NCBI GenBank assembly: GCA_051362555.1
Contig: CM120643.1
Span: 23,626,848 to 23,690,847 of the forward strand
Origin: Lingula anatina
Taxonomy: Eukaryota; Animalia; Brachiopoda
Direction: 5' to 3'
Length of the DNA stretch: 64,000 nt
The first letter of the stretch is position 1. Each line of letters begins with the position of its first letter. The position numbers were made by a program, and so were the translations under genes. This document shows positions 50,504 to 63,762 of the stretch, in pieces. The notes under the pieces are model-generated. The model did not search any database and had not been told where the DNA came from. It was given only the letters and a program-made list of their open reading frames with translations.

Positions 50504-51231
50504 CTTCGGTCAGCCATTCAAGTGAAATAAATCCGAGGAAAATCCATCGGAATTTTTGAATGCCTTTTATCTGAGCAGCATTTGCGCCAAGTCTTTTTTC
50601 GTGAGTAGGCCTAAGCCTTGAGATAAAAAAGTTAAACTAGTTTATTATTCCCCAGTCTTTTTTTAAAGAACACTGTAGAACTTATTTACAAATGCATTAT
50701 TTTTAACATCTCGAATTTGTACCCTCCACTAAGGCCACAGATTAATTTTTCACTAGATAGGCTAGGCCTATTCACAGGCAGGCTTATGTTTGAAATTTCC
50801 ATTCCATTATTTTTATCCTTTTCATGATCATAAAAAAACACAACATGCTCCTATTTTAAAAATGTTGCTTTATTTCAGCTAAGAAATGCATTAAAATTAC
50901 CTTTTAACACGTGAAAAAAATATAACTCCATCATTCAAATTGCGTTATCGGAGCAACGAAGAGCTTAATGTAGTGCGCTAGTTGAGACATAAACCACAAT
51001 CTTCTTGGAATGCTAAAAATTGGACCTCATGAGTAAGCTAATAAACGGGGTTGGCAGGGTGTTATCCAAAAGCTAGCAAATAATAATTTCTCTGTAACTG
51101 TATAAATATTGTAAAATCCCTTGAAGTATGCTCATTTTACTGATACAGAGTCTTAATTTGAAAGTAAAAGAAGAACGAAGATTTTTGTTAGTTGCTCACA
51201 GTGCTTGTTACAATAAATTACGTAGTTGGCA

Positions 51232-51326
51232 TGACGTCATGGGGAATTCCCACAAAAATGGCGGACACCGAAGGAAGTAACAGCAGTAGACTTTCATACT
51301 AAATGTGTGAAGATATTTCTGATCGG
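51232..51326 (+). promoter_or_regulatory. Promoter and first (non-coding) exon of the RNF31-like gene
   Basis: Perfect CRE TGACGTCA (51232-51239), NF-kB-like GGGGAATTCCCA (51241-51252), YY1-like AAAATGGCGG (51255-51264), donor CGG|GTAAGT at 51326/51327. Confidence 0.65.
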
Positions 51327-51761
51327 GTAAGTTATTGAAACTGCAATCTGCTGTGCTAAAGCACAAGTTGCCGAGGATATAAGCTTGGGATTTAAGTAAT
51401 GTTGAAGGCAGTTTCTGACGGGAATCACCAGAGGCAGTTACGCTAGGGTGGTCCAAGGAATGAGCTGCTTGCATTTTCAGCGTTTGAATAGGAATATAAC
51501 ACCATTTTTGTGAGTTATCGAGTGCTCCTCATGTTGAATACAATATAAATGATATTTTGTCTATAAAGTTTAGATGGTGGTGAATTAGACCACTTTCTAC
51601 TTACATACACTAAACAAATTAAACACTGAATTAAAAATACTAACGTTAGACCCCACCACTACATGTTACATGTAGTACTAGGGCCTACTAGGGCTACTGG
51701 TATATAACTTTGTAACATGCATTTCTGCTTCAATCCAGTAGCGTATATTTAATGTGGGGTT

Positions 51762-51763
<2 letters not shown>

Positions 51764-51807
<44 letters not shown>
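51764..51807. repeat. (TG)n microsatellite
   Basis: Direct reading of the sequence. Confidence 0.95.
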
Positions 51808-51809
<2 letters not shown>

Positions 51810-53688
51810 ATATATCTGATCTGAATGTTTCCCAGTCTAGCTGATTAGAAAGTGATGGGAAATCGTGTAATTATATAAAATGCTAGCTGTTACAGTACAG
51901 TGTATGTATAACAATTACAAGTATGAGACCAAAAGCATGAATGAAACTAAAAGGGGGAAAAAAAACAAAAATATCTCTCCAAAAATTATCCACTGCCAAA
52001 ACGTAGATGAAAAATAAAATGCTTACTAGTAAGTAACTAAGTCCACCTCCTCAAAAATGGTATACTAGTGTAATACTAGCCATCATATTTTATCAGTCTG
52101 AGTGTCAGCTGATCAATTTGATACTGGGCAAAAATGTTCCCTGTAGTAGTTGGATCATAAATGAAAATTATCAATTATCAAACACAAGCAGAAATATTTT
52201 CATACCATTACTTAGTAGCTTAAGACCAACCTGTGAGAAGGCCTTCATCAGACTGATATGAATAGATGTTGATACTCACTGACTGTTACTAGTAGGTGGT
52301 ATATAGTGGCCTCTGGGAAATGTCAGGTAGAACGTATTATTAACTCTTCTTGGAAAATGGTTAGTCACAGAGAGGGATTTTCTTTTTTTTTTTTCGGTGA
52401 TCAATATATATATGTCAATCTAAGCTCAGAATGTACATATCATCGACTATCCTTAACAATATAAGCAGTGTATGGCACCAGTGAAGAGAGAATATATAAG
52501 AATAAAGAAAGCCGTACTATACTCATGGAGTTGCATCAGCACTCAGAAATTCAAGGTGCTGAATTTGTCCATTACCATCAGGAATGGAATTCCCCATTTA
52601 CATATCCTGCCTGTTATTTAGGTATAACATGTGTATGTGTGTGTGTTTGTGCATAAATTACCCTTAGTTTCAGTGTTCTGGTATAGACTTCTCTATCCAT
52701 GATCCATATATGGTCCCAATCACCTTATGAAGTTGATGCACTGACTTGTGAATGAAAGGATACTGTTGATTGATTTCACCTTATTGTTTAATGTACAATC
52801 AGTATGAAAGTAAAATAGACAAACAAATAAATATATGGAGAAAGAAATAGATTTAGGTGAATGAATGAAGAAGAGAATAAATGAATAAGTAAATAGTAAA
52901 TTACCAATAATAAATAGAGTACAAATGCAGTGACACTCGCAGACAAAATTTCTCTTTACATTTCAAATGCTCACAGGGGCAGTTTTAAATAGGGTCAAAA
53001 TGTGTTTGCCTATATCTCTAATGAGAATAAATCTATGGGGAAATATCAAATAGCATGTGTGGATGTTGGTATCATCTGTTAGGAAGGACTAAGAAGTATG
53101 GTGATCAATTAAAAAGAGGAAGTAGTGTTACTTTGACTTTAAATGTTTTTGTCATGACTGAACATGCTAACTAGGTAATTATCACCAAATTATCAGTATG
53201 AAAGTTAGACCTTGAGTTTTTATCCTGTTTTGTGACCTAGTTAAAGCATTTGACCTAAATTGGCTGTGCATGTAATGCCTCAAGTGATAACTAGCTATAG
53301 TCTAGCCGAATACTATTATGACTACTGTTAAAGTTATGTCACATGACTGCAAGTAAAGATATGTTCTGAGTTTAACGAAAAACCTTGACCCAAAGTGTAG
53401 GAAGAAGGCACTTGATTGCAGGGTCAACTTATCCTGCGCCAAGTTGTCAGCAGGAGAATTGCCATCGAGCATATGCTTACAGTACAGAAGTAAGGTTACT
53501 AGTATAATCATGCCTTTCTGATAATGAGAATTAACAAGGGTGTATTGTATTATAACATCTGTTACAATGTGCTGTAATGAATCATACAAATTGTAAATAT
53601 GAATTTTGTCATTAATTTAATTAGTATAGTGTTAAATGAACAATGCTTTCATTTTATTAATAAAATTTTCAAATGCTATTTACTTTAG

Positions 53689-53713
53689 GTGGTGTTACCA
53701 TCTTCAGAACAAG
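53689..53713 (+). other. Candidate 25-nt 5'-UTR micro-exon of the RNF31-like gene
   Basis: tatttactttag|GTGGTGTTACCATCTTCAGAACAAG|gtaaaa; the next acceptor tattttcacag ends at 53911. Confidence 0.45.
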
Positions 53714-53760
53714 GTAAAAATAATTGCTTGTTAAAGTGAGTGTGGGCAGAGAAACTTCAA

Positions 53761-53779
53761 TATTAGGCTACATATACCA

Positions 53780-53860
<81 letters not shown>

Positions 53861-53873
53861 CATATATATATAT
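53761..53873. repeat. poly(A)-(TA)n compound microsatellite
   Basis: A long A run followed directly by a long (TA)n run, between the micro-exon and the first coding exon; start coordinate approximate. Confidence 0.85.
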
Positions 53874-54043
53874 GTCTTTGTTTGATCATTTTGAAAACAT
53901 TATTTTCACAGGTGAAAGAATAAAACTGGGAATTTCAAATAGCTGACAACAGTAAGAAAGAAGGATCAGCACCAAACATTAAACTTTTATCACATTAAAA
54001 AAAGACCATTTATATCCATATGGAATGATACCTATATTAAACG

Positions 54044-57000
54044 ATGGAGAACCAGCATGGTTTCACAGCACGACCTTCCAGGCCAGGAGAAACGCACTTT
54101 ACGTCACCTCCCCAAATGTCATATCTAGGTCAGCAAGGGTCAATATGGCGTCCAGGGCCATCTGGGAATCGAAATGGGGCAGAGAACAATGTCATGCAGA
54201 GGTCGATGATTGGTCTGCCTGGCAATGATGGTCGAGAATATATTGCGGGAAGATCAGGGCGACATCAGGATGTGATGTCACAGTCAGTGATTGGTCTACC
54301 TGGCAGTGATGGTCGAGAATATATTGCGGGAAGATCAGGACGACAGCAAGATGTTATGTCACAGTCAGTGATTGGTCTGCCTGGCAACCAGGCTCGAGAA
54401 TATATTGCGGGAAGACCAGGGCAACAGCAGGATGTGATGTCACAGTCGGTGATTGGTCTGCCTGGCGCTCAAGGCAGTTACACCGGAGCAGCAAGCCATT
54501 TGCAGGGAGGGCTAACGGGACCGGCCTCTCTTGCCTTTGAAGATCCAAATCTGAGGCAACGCTTGGTTGAAGCTCAGATACGAACCAACCGTAAAAAGTT
54601 TATTGACTCGCTGACAACTGGGGATCAGAATTCTGGATTGTATCTTGACCAGCTTGTCAGTGCTGATGCTCCCTTGAAATCAAAATATCAGGAATTGGAC
54701 ATAGAAAAGTTGCTGATAAATAATGCCAAGGTGAGAGGTTTGCTGAATATTAATTTTTTTCTTGATATTTGATTATGATTTTGTTTTCAGAAAATGTCAG
54801 TGTTAAAAATTTTAATGAACATTTTGTTGCAGCAATATGATTTGTAACAGTTTACTAGAAAATATAATTTGTTTAGATGATAAAACATAATGCACATATC
54901 CTTATTATAAATAATGTATCAAAGGGAATAAAGGAAGGAATTACTAGTATTTCCATGTTGCTCTTAAAATAAATGAAATACAATTTGAAATTCATGTGAC
55001 AGTAAACAACTTTTTTATTAAAATAATATATGACAACAAAATATTTCCAGGGGTTTCACTCCTATTTTTTCATTTTATTTAAAGATGTTGGACACCAGTA
55101 TTATGATGGGGGTTCTGTTGTCTTTTTGGTGATGCGGTTATTCTTCAATTCTTATATCATTTTTATGTTTGAATTATTGTAAGAAAACTTTATTTGAATG
55201 GTATGAATTTATCTGAAAAATAACATAATTTGTCCATATCCATTTTTACTTGTAGAGTCCCCAGTCATTGCAGCAGATGTCAACAGCTTTGGGAATTTTA
55301 GAAAAATATGGCAGAAATCTGTTGAAACCACTGGAGATTAGACCTGCAGTTTGGAGGGAAATCAAGTTTTCCAACTCTGTGTTCAGAGATAGGGTCCAGC
55401 CAATGACTGTAAGGATCAAGCCAGTCAACCACTGTTTTTGCTGAAACCCGTTAAAGCAGACTTGAGAATTTTCCACAGAATTATAAGATTTTTAATTTTA
55501 ATTTTGAAGGGATTTAGGGCTTCCCCAGACCTCCAGTGAAATAAAATTTGAATCCTGTGATAAATTTTCAGATATTTAAAAGAAACAGGCTCGGTTCTGT
55601 TAAAGATGTCATTATTGAGTACAGAAGGGTTGGGTGATGGCCGATATTTCTCATTCTAATATTTTAAAAAAGGCACATTGTAAATCTTGAACACAACTTA
55701 GGCAACCACAACCAAAATTGATTTAAAAGTTGACTAACAGATTTGCCATCTGTTTTTGTTCCATTTATCTCATGCTTTTGTTTTTTTTTATAAATGTCTT
55801 AGTCTTAATTATAGAAAAGTTTTTATCAAAAACATGTTTAAATTATGATCTGTTTCAGTGTTCACTCCTCATACTGCAGCAGATGGGCTATACGCTGCAG
55901 GTGGACGATGGCCTTGCGTACCCACAGGATTCTGAACCAGTCCTCGAAGACATTGCGAGACTGGTGGCAGAGTTAGTGTTGGCTAAGACAGAAATCGATT
56001 TATACAGAACTGGGCAGCACCCAATGAAACACAGGTTTGATGAAGTCGTAGAACAAAGTCAAGGCCAAAGGTATGTACAGGGTATTAGTATGTAGTATTT
56101 ATTGTTTGGAGTGAAGCATATGGATAAGAAGGTATTACAGTCATAAGAATTATAGCAATATATACAGGCCTGTTGCCAGCAATTTCAAAAAGAGTTGTTT
56201 TTTTTCTGAAAAAGTAGACCTACATGTACCAAGAAAACTTTTGGAACCAAGATCAAATTTTATCCAGAGAGGATCTTTTCTTGCCTGTTTGAACCCCCTG
56301 AACCCCCCTTGGCTAGGGGACTGTTATAGGATAATTGATAATATTAAACTACTAGTAGATGGTCAAATACAGATATAGAATAGGTGTTGTTATGCTAAAC
56401 TTGGGACCATTGGTTGAAAAGGTATCATATAATGTTATAACATACTAAATTATGTATCCTAGCAAGATCTTTGGAAAGAGCTACTATGACTTTCTAAAAG
56501 AAGGACATAGACATTGCACATTTGGGTGAAACTTTAAACTGGGTGTCCTAATATTATATGAGATGTAGGACAAATGATAGTATGGTTTGTACAAATGATA
56601 GTATAGTTTGTGAAAGGTCAGACAAGATGACCTAAATGTATTATCTTGATATAGACCACTAACGTAAGTCAGGTTGGGTTTACTGAGTTCATGTACAGAT
56701 ATTCAGATATAAAGATTTGTTGAAAGTTTTTAATGATTAGCTATAACATGGAAAAACAATACAAATGCAATATTCACATGACAGAGAGGAAATACATGTC
56801 ATTTAATGAAAATAATATTAGGTCAAAATAGCTTAATGTTATCCTAGGAAATATATACATTATGCCTTGATCTTCTCAATGGGCAAAATGATCAAACTTT
56901 TCAGATACATAATTTTGTAATCACAAAATTTTTATTTTTATATGGCATTTGTGGTGTTTTTACTGCATAGAATAGAATTATATTATAGAATAGCCTGCTT

Positions 57001-58683
57001 TTTAACTCTATTGCAACCACTCAGTAGATATGCTCTAATTTATGACTTATGATGTGTTACTTAAAAAGTACAATATCTGTAATATCACAATTTTGCCCCC
57101 TTGAAAAAAAAGTAGTTAAGAGGACAACACCATATTATGAATATACTAGTATACTGTTTTATTAGAATCTTTGTGCTCTCATCTCATTTTGCATGTCAAA
57201 ATGATATTAATTTCTGGTCTAATAAGTAGAGTACATTTAGCTTACTGTGGTTTATATGCTTTTACTTTTTTTTACAGAGATTTTTCAGAGGCATTGTCAG
57301 AGAGGACAGAGATTCAGTATCCACCTTCTGCACAGAAGACACAGTATGGCCCACAGCAGTATCCCATGACACAGTCTCCTCCAGTACAATTTCAATCTCC
57401 TCCAACACAATATCAGTCTCCTCCAACTCAATATCAGTTTCCACCAACACAATTTCAGTCTCCTCCAACACAATATCAGCCTCCTCAACTAACACAATTT
57501 GGAGCTGTGTCTCAACAACAGCAGTTGGCTCACAGTGGAATGGGCAGGGTGAGTATGGCAGTCAGTTATTCCTTATTTGTTATGGCCACTTTGACTTTTT
57601 GGTAATCTCTCTGTTTTCTTTTCAACTTCTGTCGCAGCATGTATATTGTTTTTGTGAATTGCCTATATATTTTTTGTATTTTTTCCCTATTTTATCTATT
57701 AATGTAACACCCACATCATTAAACATACTGTCTTATTTATCTTGATATCTCTTATAAACAAATCCAAAGAAAAATCAATAAGAAAAAAAGGAAGAAGATA
57801 AAGAAGGAGAGAAATACCAATGTATTTAACAGAAAAATATTATGATCAAAGTTTCATTTATTTCCACTCACCACAGGCTTCACAGAGGCCCCCATCAGGT
57901 GAAAAAGCAAATGTAGGGTGCTTTAAGCCTCCAGCTGCACATGAATACGTGAACGTACCCCCAGTGCCTGTCCCTGCTGCTGGTAGGTACCCCTCAGAGG
58001 GAGGTGGCAGCAGTGGAGGCAGCGGGAAAGGAGGAAGCGAAGGAGGAGTGAGAATAGACACAGCTGGATTGCGGCCACCACCACAAGGTATGGTGCTATT
58101 GTTAAATTTATTGTTATTGATGCTGTTGTTCATTTATTGTTGTTTTACAATTAAGAATGTTCATGTAGCAGTTTAGAATGAAATACCAAAATGAAAGAAT
58201 TGTATCTGTTCTGAATGAAAATTATGCAAGCTCAGAGTTTTATTCAAGGGTCACACTCACCTGAACCTGCTACTTATTGAATACCAAGTCCCAGTCATCT
58301 TATATACCCCTGTTCATATTTGGACCACTTTGGAAGGGAAAAATTCTAAATGGTGGAACCTCATTTCCAAAGATTTTATGTTTACTGCATGTGGTTTTGT
58401 TTCAGATGCATCTTTGTGTTACTTATGCGGAGAGGAAATTGGTATAATTCACTGTGATAACCAAGACTGTAACAATATGTTTTGTGGAAGCTGTGACCAA
58501 TTATTTCACAAACATAAGGTGAGACAGGGCCACAAGCGAGTGCAGGTATACACCAGCCCTGGCACTTCTACTGAGACTGCTCATACTGGACTGAGGTAGG
58601 CACACACACGCACTCATGCACACATGCAAGCATGCACGCATGCAAACACAAACACACATTTGCTTTGTCATATTTCTTTGATT

Positions 58684-58735
<52 letters not shown>

Positions 58736-61702
58736 ATAAAACATTCAGTTTCCTCTGTTTTCATTCACTTAGTCCTCAACAAGAAAACCCTGCATCTGCC
58801 AGTCCGGTTAGTCCTATGCTAAAGGGTGCTTTGCAAAATCCAAGCACAAGAGTTGGCCAGAGTCCAGTCGGGATAGCCATCCCTGGAGGCCAAAATGACC
58901 GTTTGTCTCCAGGTTTATCTTCTGGTGCTTCATCCCCAAGCTCCATGCAGAGTGGTTCACTTGCTACATCCCCTGGTGGTCAGATTGGAAGAAAACCTCC
59001 AGTGCCTGCTCCCAGGCGGAAATCAGCAACATCTTCTACATCTTCACCTGAGACGACCACTCCCCCTACACCTGCACCTAGGAAACCAGTAAGTCTGTGT
59101 TAGATATGTCAGTGGAAACGTGTGTAGATTTAATATGCACTATTGAAAAGGAACAGGTTTTAAGTCACAGATAGGAAATATTGCAAATTTAAGTTGATAG
59201 GTCATTACATAGTATTTTCCTTCCACATGTAGCATTTTTTGCTTGCATGAAACATTTTGCTATTTTTACTCCTATTTTACTCATGAGACTTCAGTTGAAA
59301 TGAGGTTGCTTATTTTCACGCCTTCTTTTTTCTATAGTGATGAAAAATTACAGAGAGAAAATGTATCACAAATGTGAAAAATTAGCATGAATTGGCCCAT
59401 ATATAATCACTGACACATATTAACTAAACATCAAATCTGGCATTTTATGTAGTAAGTATCGAAGTAGCTGCTTTAAATTTTGTTTTCATTATGATTGAAA
59501 AAATAAAATGTTGCCCCACGCCTGATTAATGTGCTTGACTCTTCCAGAGACAGTCTGCCAGTGACCCCAGTTTAAAAGAACCCAGCAGCAATGTATCTCC
59601 TCAGTCTGAGAAACAAGCCAGCTCAAATGTTCCCAAATTGTCAGTGTTTGGTACAGACTACAGTGTTCAAGGTGGGGCAGGTGGACACAGAGCACAGTCT
59701 CCTTTCACTAAGACAGAAGCAAATTTGCTGCCTGCAGTTAACAGGGCAGAATACACCATGGATGCCCAGAAGATTATTGAGGAACTGGAGGCCATTTCTG
59801 ATCCAGAAAATAAGAAAACAACTCTGGATGAACGGCTCATGGCCATTGAAGAAGAGATGAAAGAAAAAGAAAAGCGTAAGAATAATATTATTAAGGAGTG
59901 CCCTGATTTTTATGACAACGATACATATGCAGTTCTCAACAAACTTATCATGCGACTGCAATTTCAGTATCATGAGCTGATTGTATACAAAGATAATTTA
60001 CAAGTGGCCGAACAGCAACAGCAACACCAGCAACTACATGTTGGTGGGCATGACACATTGCCCCAGGGCAGACTTGGCGACATTCCTCTTGACATTAAGA
60101 ACCCTCCCTTGCAGTATACACCACCCCCTTCTTTACCCTACACTTTACCACCCCCACCCTCCGTATCGGGGCATTTTAAGCAGACCAGTTTGGATCCTGA
60201 GAGCAGCAGCAGTGTCGACGACACTTACACCATCATGCGCCCACCATCTAATGGGAAATACAAATCTCAGCTTGGGGCCCTTACGGGGGAATACAGAACC
60301 ACAGATGATGTGCACAACATGTACATCCAAATGGGGAACCCTCCCCCTGGCCCCACTGGTGTGAGCACACAGTCTGAGGTCACAAAGGCCTCCACACAGC
60401 TCAGCCAAAAGCAGTGCTTGAATTGTCAAACTCTGAATTACTTAGAGGCTCAGTGGTGTTCTCAGTGTCACCAACTGTTTGACGTTGAGACTACAGAATC
60501 TTTTGATGAGGTCAAACACCAGTGCCCGGCCTGTCACAAAAGGACTGATTTCCGGAAGGAGTGTTGTGAATTTTGTCGCTATCCCATTCCGAAAGGTCTA
60601 AGGGACAGTTACTCCCCATATAAAAAATCTGTCACATTACCTAGATCTTTTCACATTCCAAACCAGCGCTCTGATGTTGTATCTGGTGCAGCCACCCTCC
60701 CCAGGGTACCCATAGAACACACAGTACCACCCCCTGGTGTGTCCAATCCATATCACCAAGGACAAGAGAAAATGTCAAACGTGCAAGGGGTGTCACCTGC
60801 TGGTAATCGCTTTGGTGGACAAATCTCCCCTCTCTCCCAAGATGAAAACCTAATGAGGGTGGTCCCAGGGGTTGAAAGACCATCCTTAGGATCAGAAAGA
60901 TCATCCCCAGGGGTGGCAGCAACCCAGAGATTCCAAAGCCAAGGCAGCCTGTGGTCTTGCGAACACTGTACCTATCTCAATGAGGCAAACATGAGGGTGT
61001 GTGAAATGTGTAACAGGACCAGTGATAATCCAGAGATTGTAGAAAAAGCTGCTCCCGAGAACACTGGCCCTATGACTCTGCCAGCCAGACCATATGGGCA
61101 GTCTGTTGGCCCAAGAAGTGGGGGTCAGGGTACTGGTCAAAGACCATTAAGACAGTCCCTGTCATCTCAGATCAGTAGTAGTAGTGCTGGTGGCCAGCGG
61201 TCTTATATACAGACTGACCAAGAGGTGGGTGGTTTATTCATTGTATTTTACTTCTTGTCTGGACTAGGAGATGATTTTGAGACATGAGATGATGGCTTGT
61301 GCTGAATAGGATGCGGTTTGAGGATTGAAGGATGATACAAGTATATTAATTGTTATGAACTGCATTTTTTAAAAGTGAAATTAAAAAATAAAATAATGAA
61401 TAAAATTTCTCAAGAGAATTTTTTATTTTATTTTTAAATTGCCTTTCATTTATAGATAGCTGAAGAGAAGATCCGGGCACAGACCATGATGCTGCAGTTT
61501 GCCCGAGAAGACCGAGAGAGGGAAGAGCAGCAACGCTCTTCTGCTACAGATTTAGTTGGCCCTTCAACCGCTGCTCAACAACAGTTTGGTGGCTCAAAAC
61601 CATCTACTGGACCTGGTCTTCAGGCTGCAGTGCCAGGAGGGGCACCTGTGTTAAATTTGGAGAGTTCAAGCATGGAAAAACCATCAACAGGACAAACTGC
61701 TG
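54044..61702 (+). CDS. RNF31: RNF31/HOIP (LUBEL-like) linear-ubiquitin E3 ligase, N-terminal exons; gene continues beyond window
   Basis: Exons 54044-54730, 55256-55408, 55859-56070, 57278-57548, 57877-58087, 58406-58595, 58773-59088, 59548-61224, 61456-61702, all phase-consistent. HOIP-type PUB domain (ALGILEKYGRNLLKP..RP..WREIKFSN.VFR...GY.....DGL.YP...EP....IA.LVAELVL.KTEI....TGQHP), B-box (CYLC..C...C....C..CDQLFHKH..R..H.R), NZF (WSCEHCTYLN....RVCEMC). UBA and RBR domains are not within the window. Confidence 0.88.
54188..54466 (+). repeat. Coding tandem repeat, 81 bp / 27 aa, ~3.5 copies
   Basis: DVMSQSVIGLPG(N/S)DGREYIAGRSGRQQ; GATTGGTCT recurs at 54208, 54289, 54370 and 54451. Confidence 0.92.
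57373..57490 (+). repeat. Coding 21-bp (7-aa) tandem repeat QSPPTQ(Y/F)
   Basis: QSPPVQF QSPPTQY QSPPTQY QFPPTQF QSPPTQY QPP in RNF31 coding exon 4. Confidence 0.9.
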
Positions 61703-61963
61703 GTGAGAATTTATTAGTATATTGTGTAGGTATAGTGATGAACATAAGTATACTGAGCAAGGCAAGATGAAACCAGGCAATTCTTTCAGTCTTGGTGCCC
61801 TACATATTATCATGTCTACAAGCATGTCTACAAACTGTTACATATTCAATTCCCTTGCTTTGCCCAGGTTCCCCCCCTCCTCAAAATTCTGGATCCTCTA
61901 GTGGAGGTTTCAGATGAATTATCTTTATATGAAAAAAAAACATATTATTCTGCAGATATTGCA

Positions 61964-63762
61964 TTTTTATGTACAGACACAGATGTGTCTGTACATATAG
62001 CCATCATCTGCGTCTGTCGTCGCCGTCGTCGCCGTCGTCGCCGTGCACTTTTACCGATAACACGATAAGTGGAAAACCATTTTACCTTTTGACTTGAAAC
62101 TTGCAGAACTGATGAATATTCATAATACGCAGGTCAAGTTCGAAAATCAGCATGATCGGGTCACTTTTAGGGAATTTATGCTGTTTTTTCACTTTTTTCA
62201 GCATATATGCAGCACCGATAACACGATAAGTGGAAAACCATTTTACCTTTTGACTTGAAACTTACAGAACTGATGAATATTCATAATACGCAGGTCAAGT
62301 TCGAAAATCAGCATGATCGGGTCACTTTTAGGGAATTTATGCTGTTTTTTCACTTTTTTCAGCATATATGCAGCACCGATAACATGATAAGTGGAAAACC
62401 ATTTTACTTTTTGACTTGAAACTTACAGAACTGATGAATATTCATAATAGGCAGGTCAAGTTCGAAAATCAGCATGATTGGGCCATTTTTAGGGAATTTA
62501 TGCTGTTTTTACACTATTTTCAATATAAATACAACACTGATAACACAATATAAGAAAAACGGATTGGCCAATTGTAATTATACTCACAGGGGTGGTCAAT
62601 CTTACTAAAACGCAGGTTGAGTTCGAAAATCAGCATAATCGGGCCATTATTTTAGAAGTTATACTGTTTTTCACATTTACTCAGATTCAATTATTAGGCA
62701 TGTTAACAGTCTCATTATTTAACTAATAAGATGCCTAAAAGTGTTTGTTTGATATTTCCTGCATCTTTACAACATTGTTAGTTGATCATGTAAAAAACAT
62801 GGTAAATTTGTTATCATGTATTGTGTAATAAAGTGTCAAAAATGGAAATAAACTCATATCATTGCAGTTTGTCAGATTCAATCATCCACTATGTTCAGAA
62901 TCTCAGAATGGAGGAAATTGGACATTTAACACTGTTCTATTGATACTTTTCCCATCTCATCAATTTTCTTAGTTGGTCATATAAAATGGCAGTAAAATGT
63001 TTATTTTGTTTTATGTTAAAAAAGTGTTAAAAATGGAAATAAACCCATTTCAGAACAGTGCTGTCTTGTTTACATTTTGGCATTTTCAAGGTGTGACTTT
63101 GAAGTTCCATGGGCCTGAAGACCTTTGCTAGTCACATTTTCTGAATATCTGTGAAACAAATATTTTATAATTAAAAATTGATGGTCATTAAGCTGTTAAA
63201 CATTATGTAATATTGCATCAAAATTTGAAGAAACCCCTATTTTGGGCACTGCTCCCATGATGACCATTTAAGGAAAATCATGTCACTTACTGTTCTCAAA
63301 CTTACAGGAAAGAAACATGGGACTAAAATACAGCTTCAGTAGGCAATGCAGTCTGTTTGGTAAATTTTTCTGGCAATTAAACAGTTTTTTGTGAAAATTT
63401 AATTTTTCACATATTGGCATTTCCAAGGTGTGACTTCGAACCTCCACGGGCTTGAAGACCCATGCTAGTCACATTTTGTGAAAATCCATGACGCTTATAT
63501 TTTATTATTAAAAATCGATGATCATTATGCTGTTAAGCATTATGTAATGTTGCATTAAAATAGAAGAAAACACAATTTTTGGTGCTGCTGCCTTGATGAC
63601 CATTATGGGAAAACCGTGTTACTTATGACTGTCAAACTTTCAGTCTGTTTGGTAAATTTTTGTGGCAATTTAACAGTTTTTTGTGAAAATTTAATTTTTC
63701 ACTTATTTGCATCTTTATTTTCTGTTCTTTGTCTGTACATTTGACAGCTTTGCTGCCTTGTT
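61964..63762. mobile_element. Non-autonomous Helentron-associated element (HINE / pearl-like) with an internal satellite array, in an RNF31 intron
   Basis: 5' T-tract plus palindrome ATGTACAGACACAGATGTGTCTGTACAT (61969-61996); (GTCGTCGCC)n microsatellite ~62017-62044; 161-bp tandem units starting at 62053, 62214, 62375, 62536; second internal duplication ~63077 / ~63414; 3' subterminal IR GTCTGTACAT (63731-63740), then hairpin GACAGC-TTT-GCTGCC and TTGTT end. Confidence 0.82.

Noticed and set aside
56165-56323. Degenerate CAGG...CTG hAT-like MITE in an RNF31 intron
   Set aside because: TIRs are too diverged and no TSD was found; plausible but unsupported.
62053-62700. Regular direct repeats considered as a CRISPR array
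   Set aside because: Contiguous 161-bp units with no unique spacers, in eukaryotic DNA; explained by the Helentron-type element.
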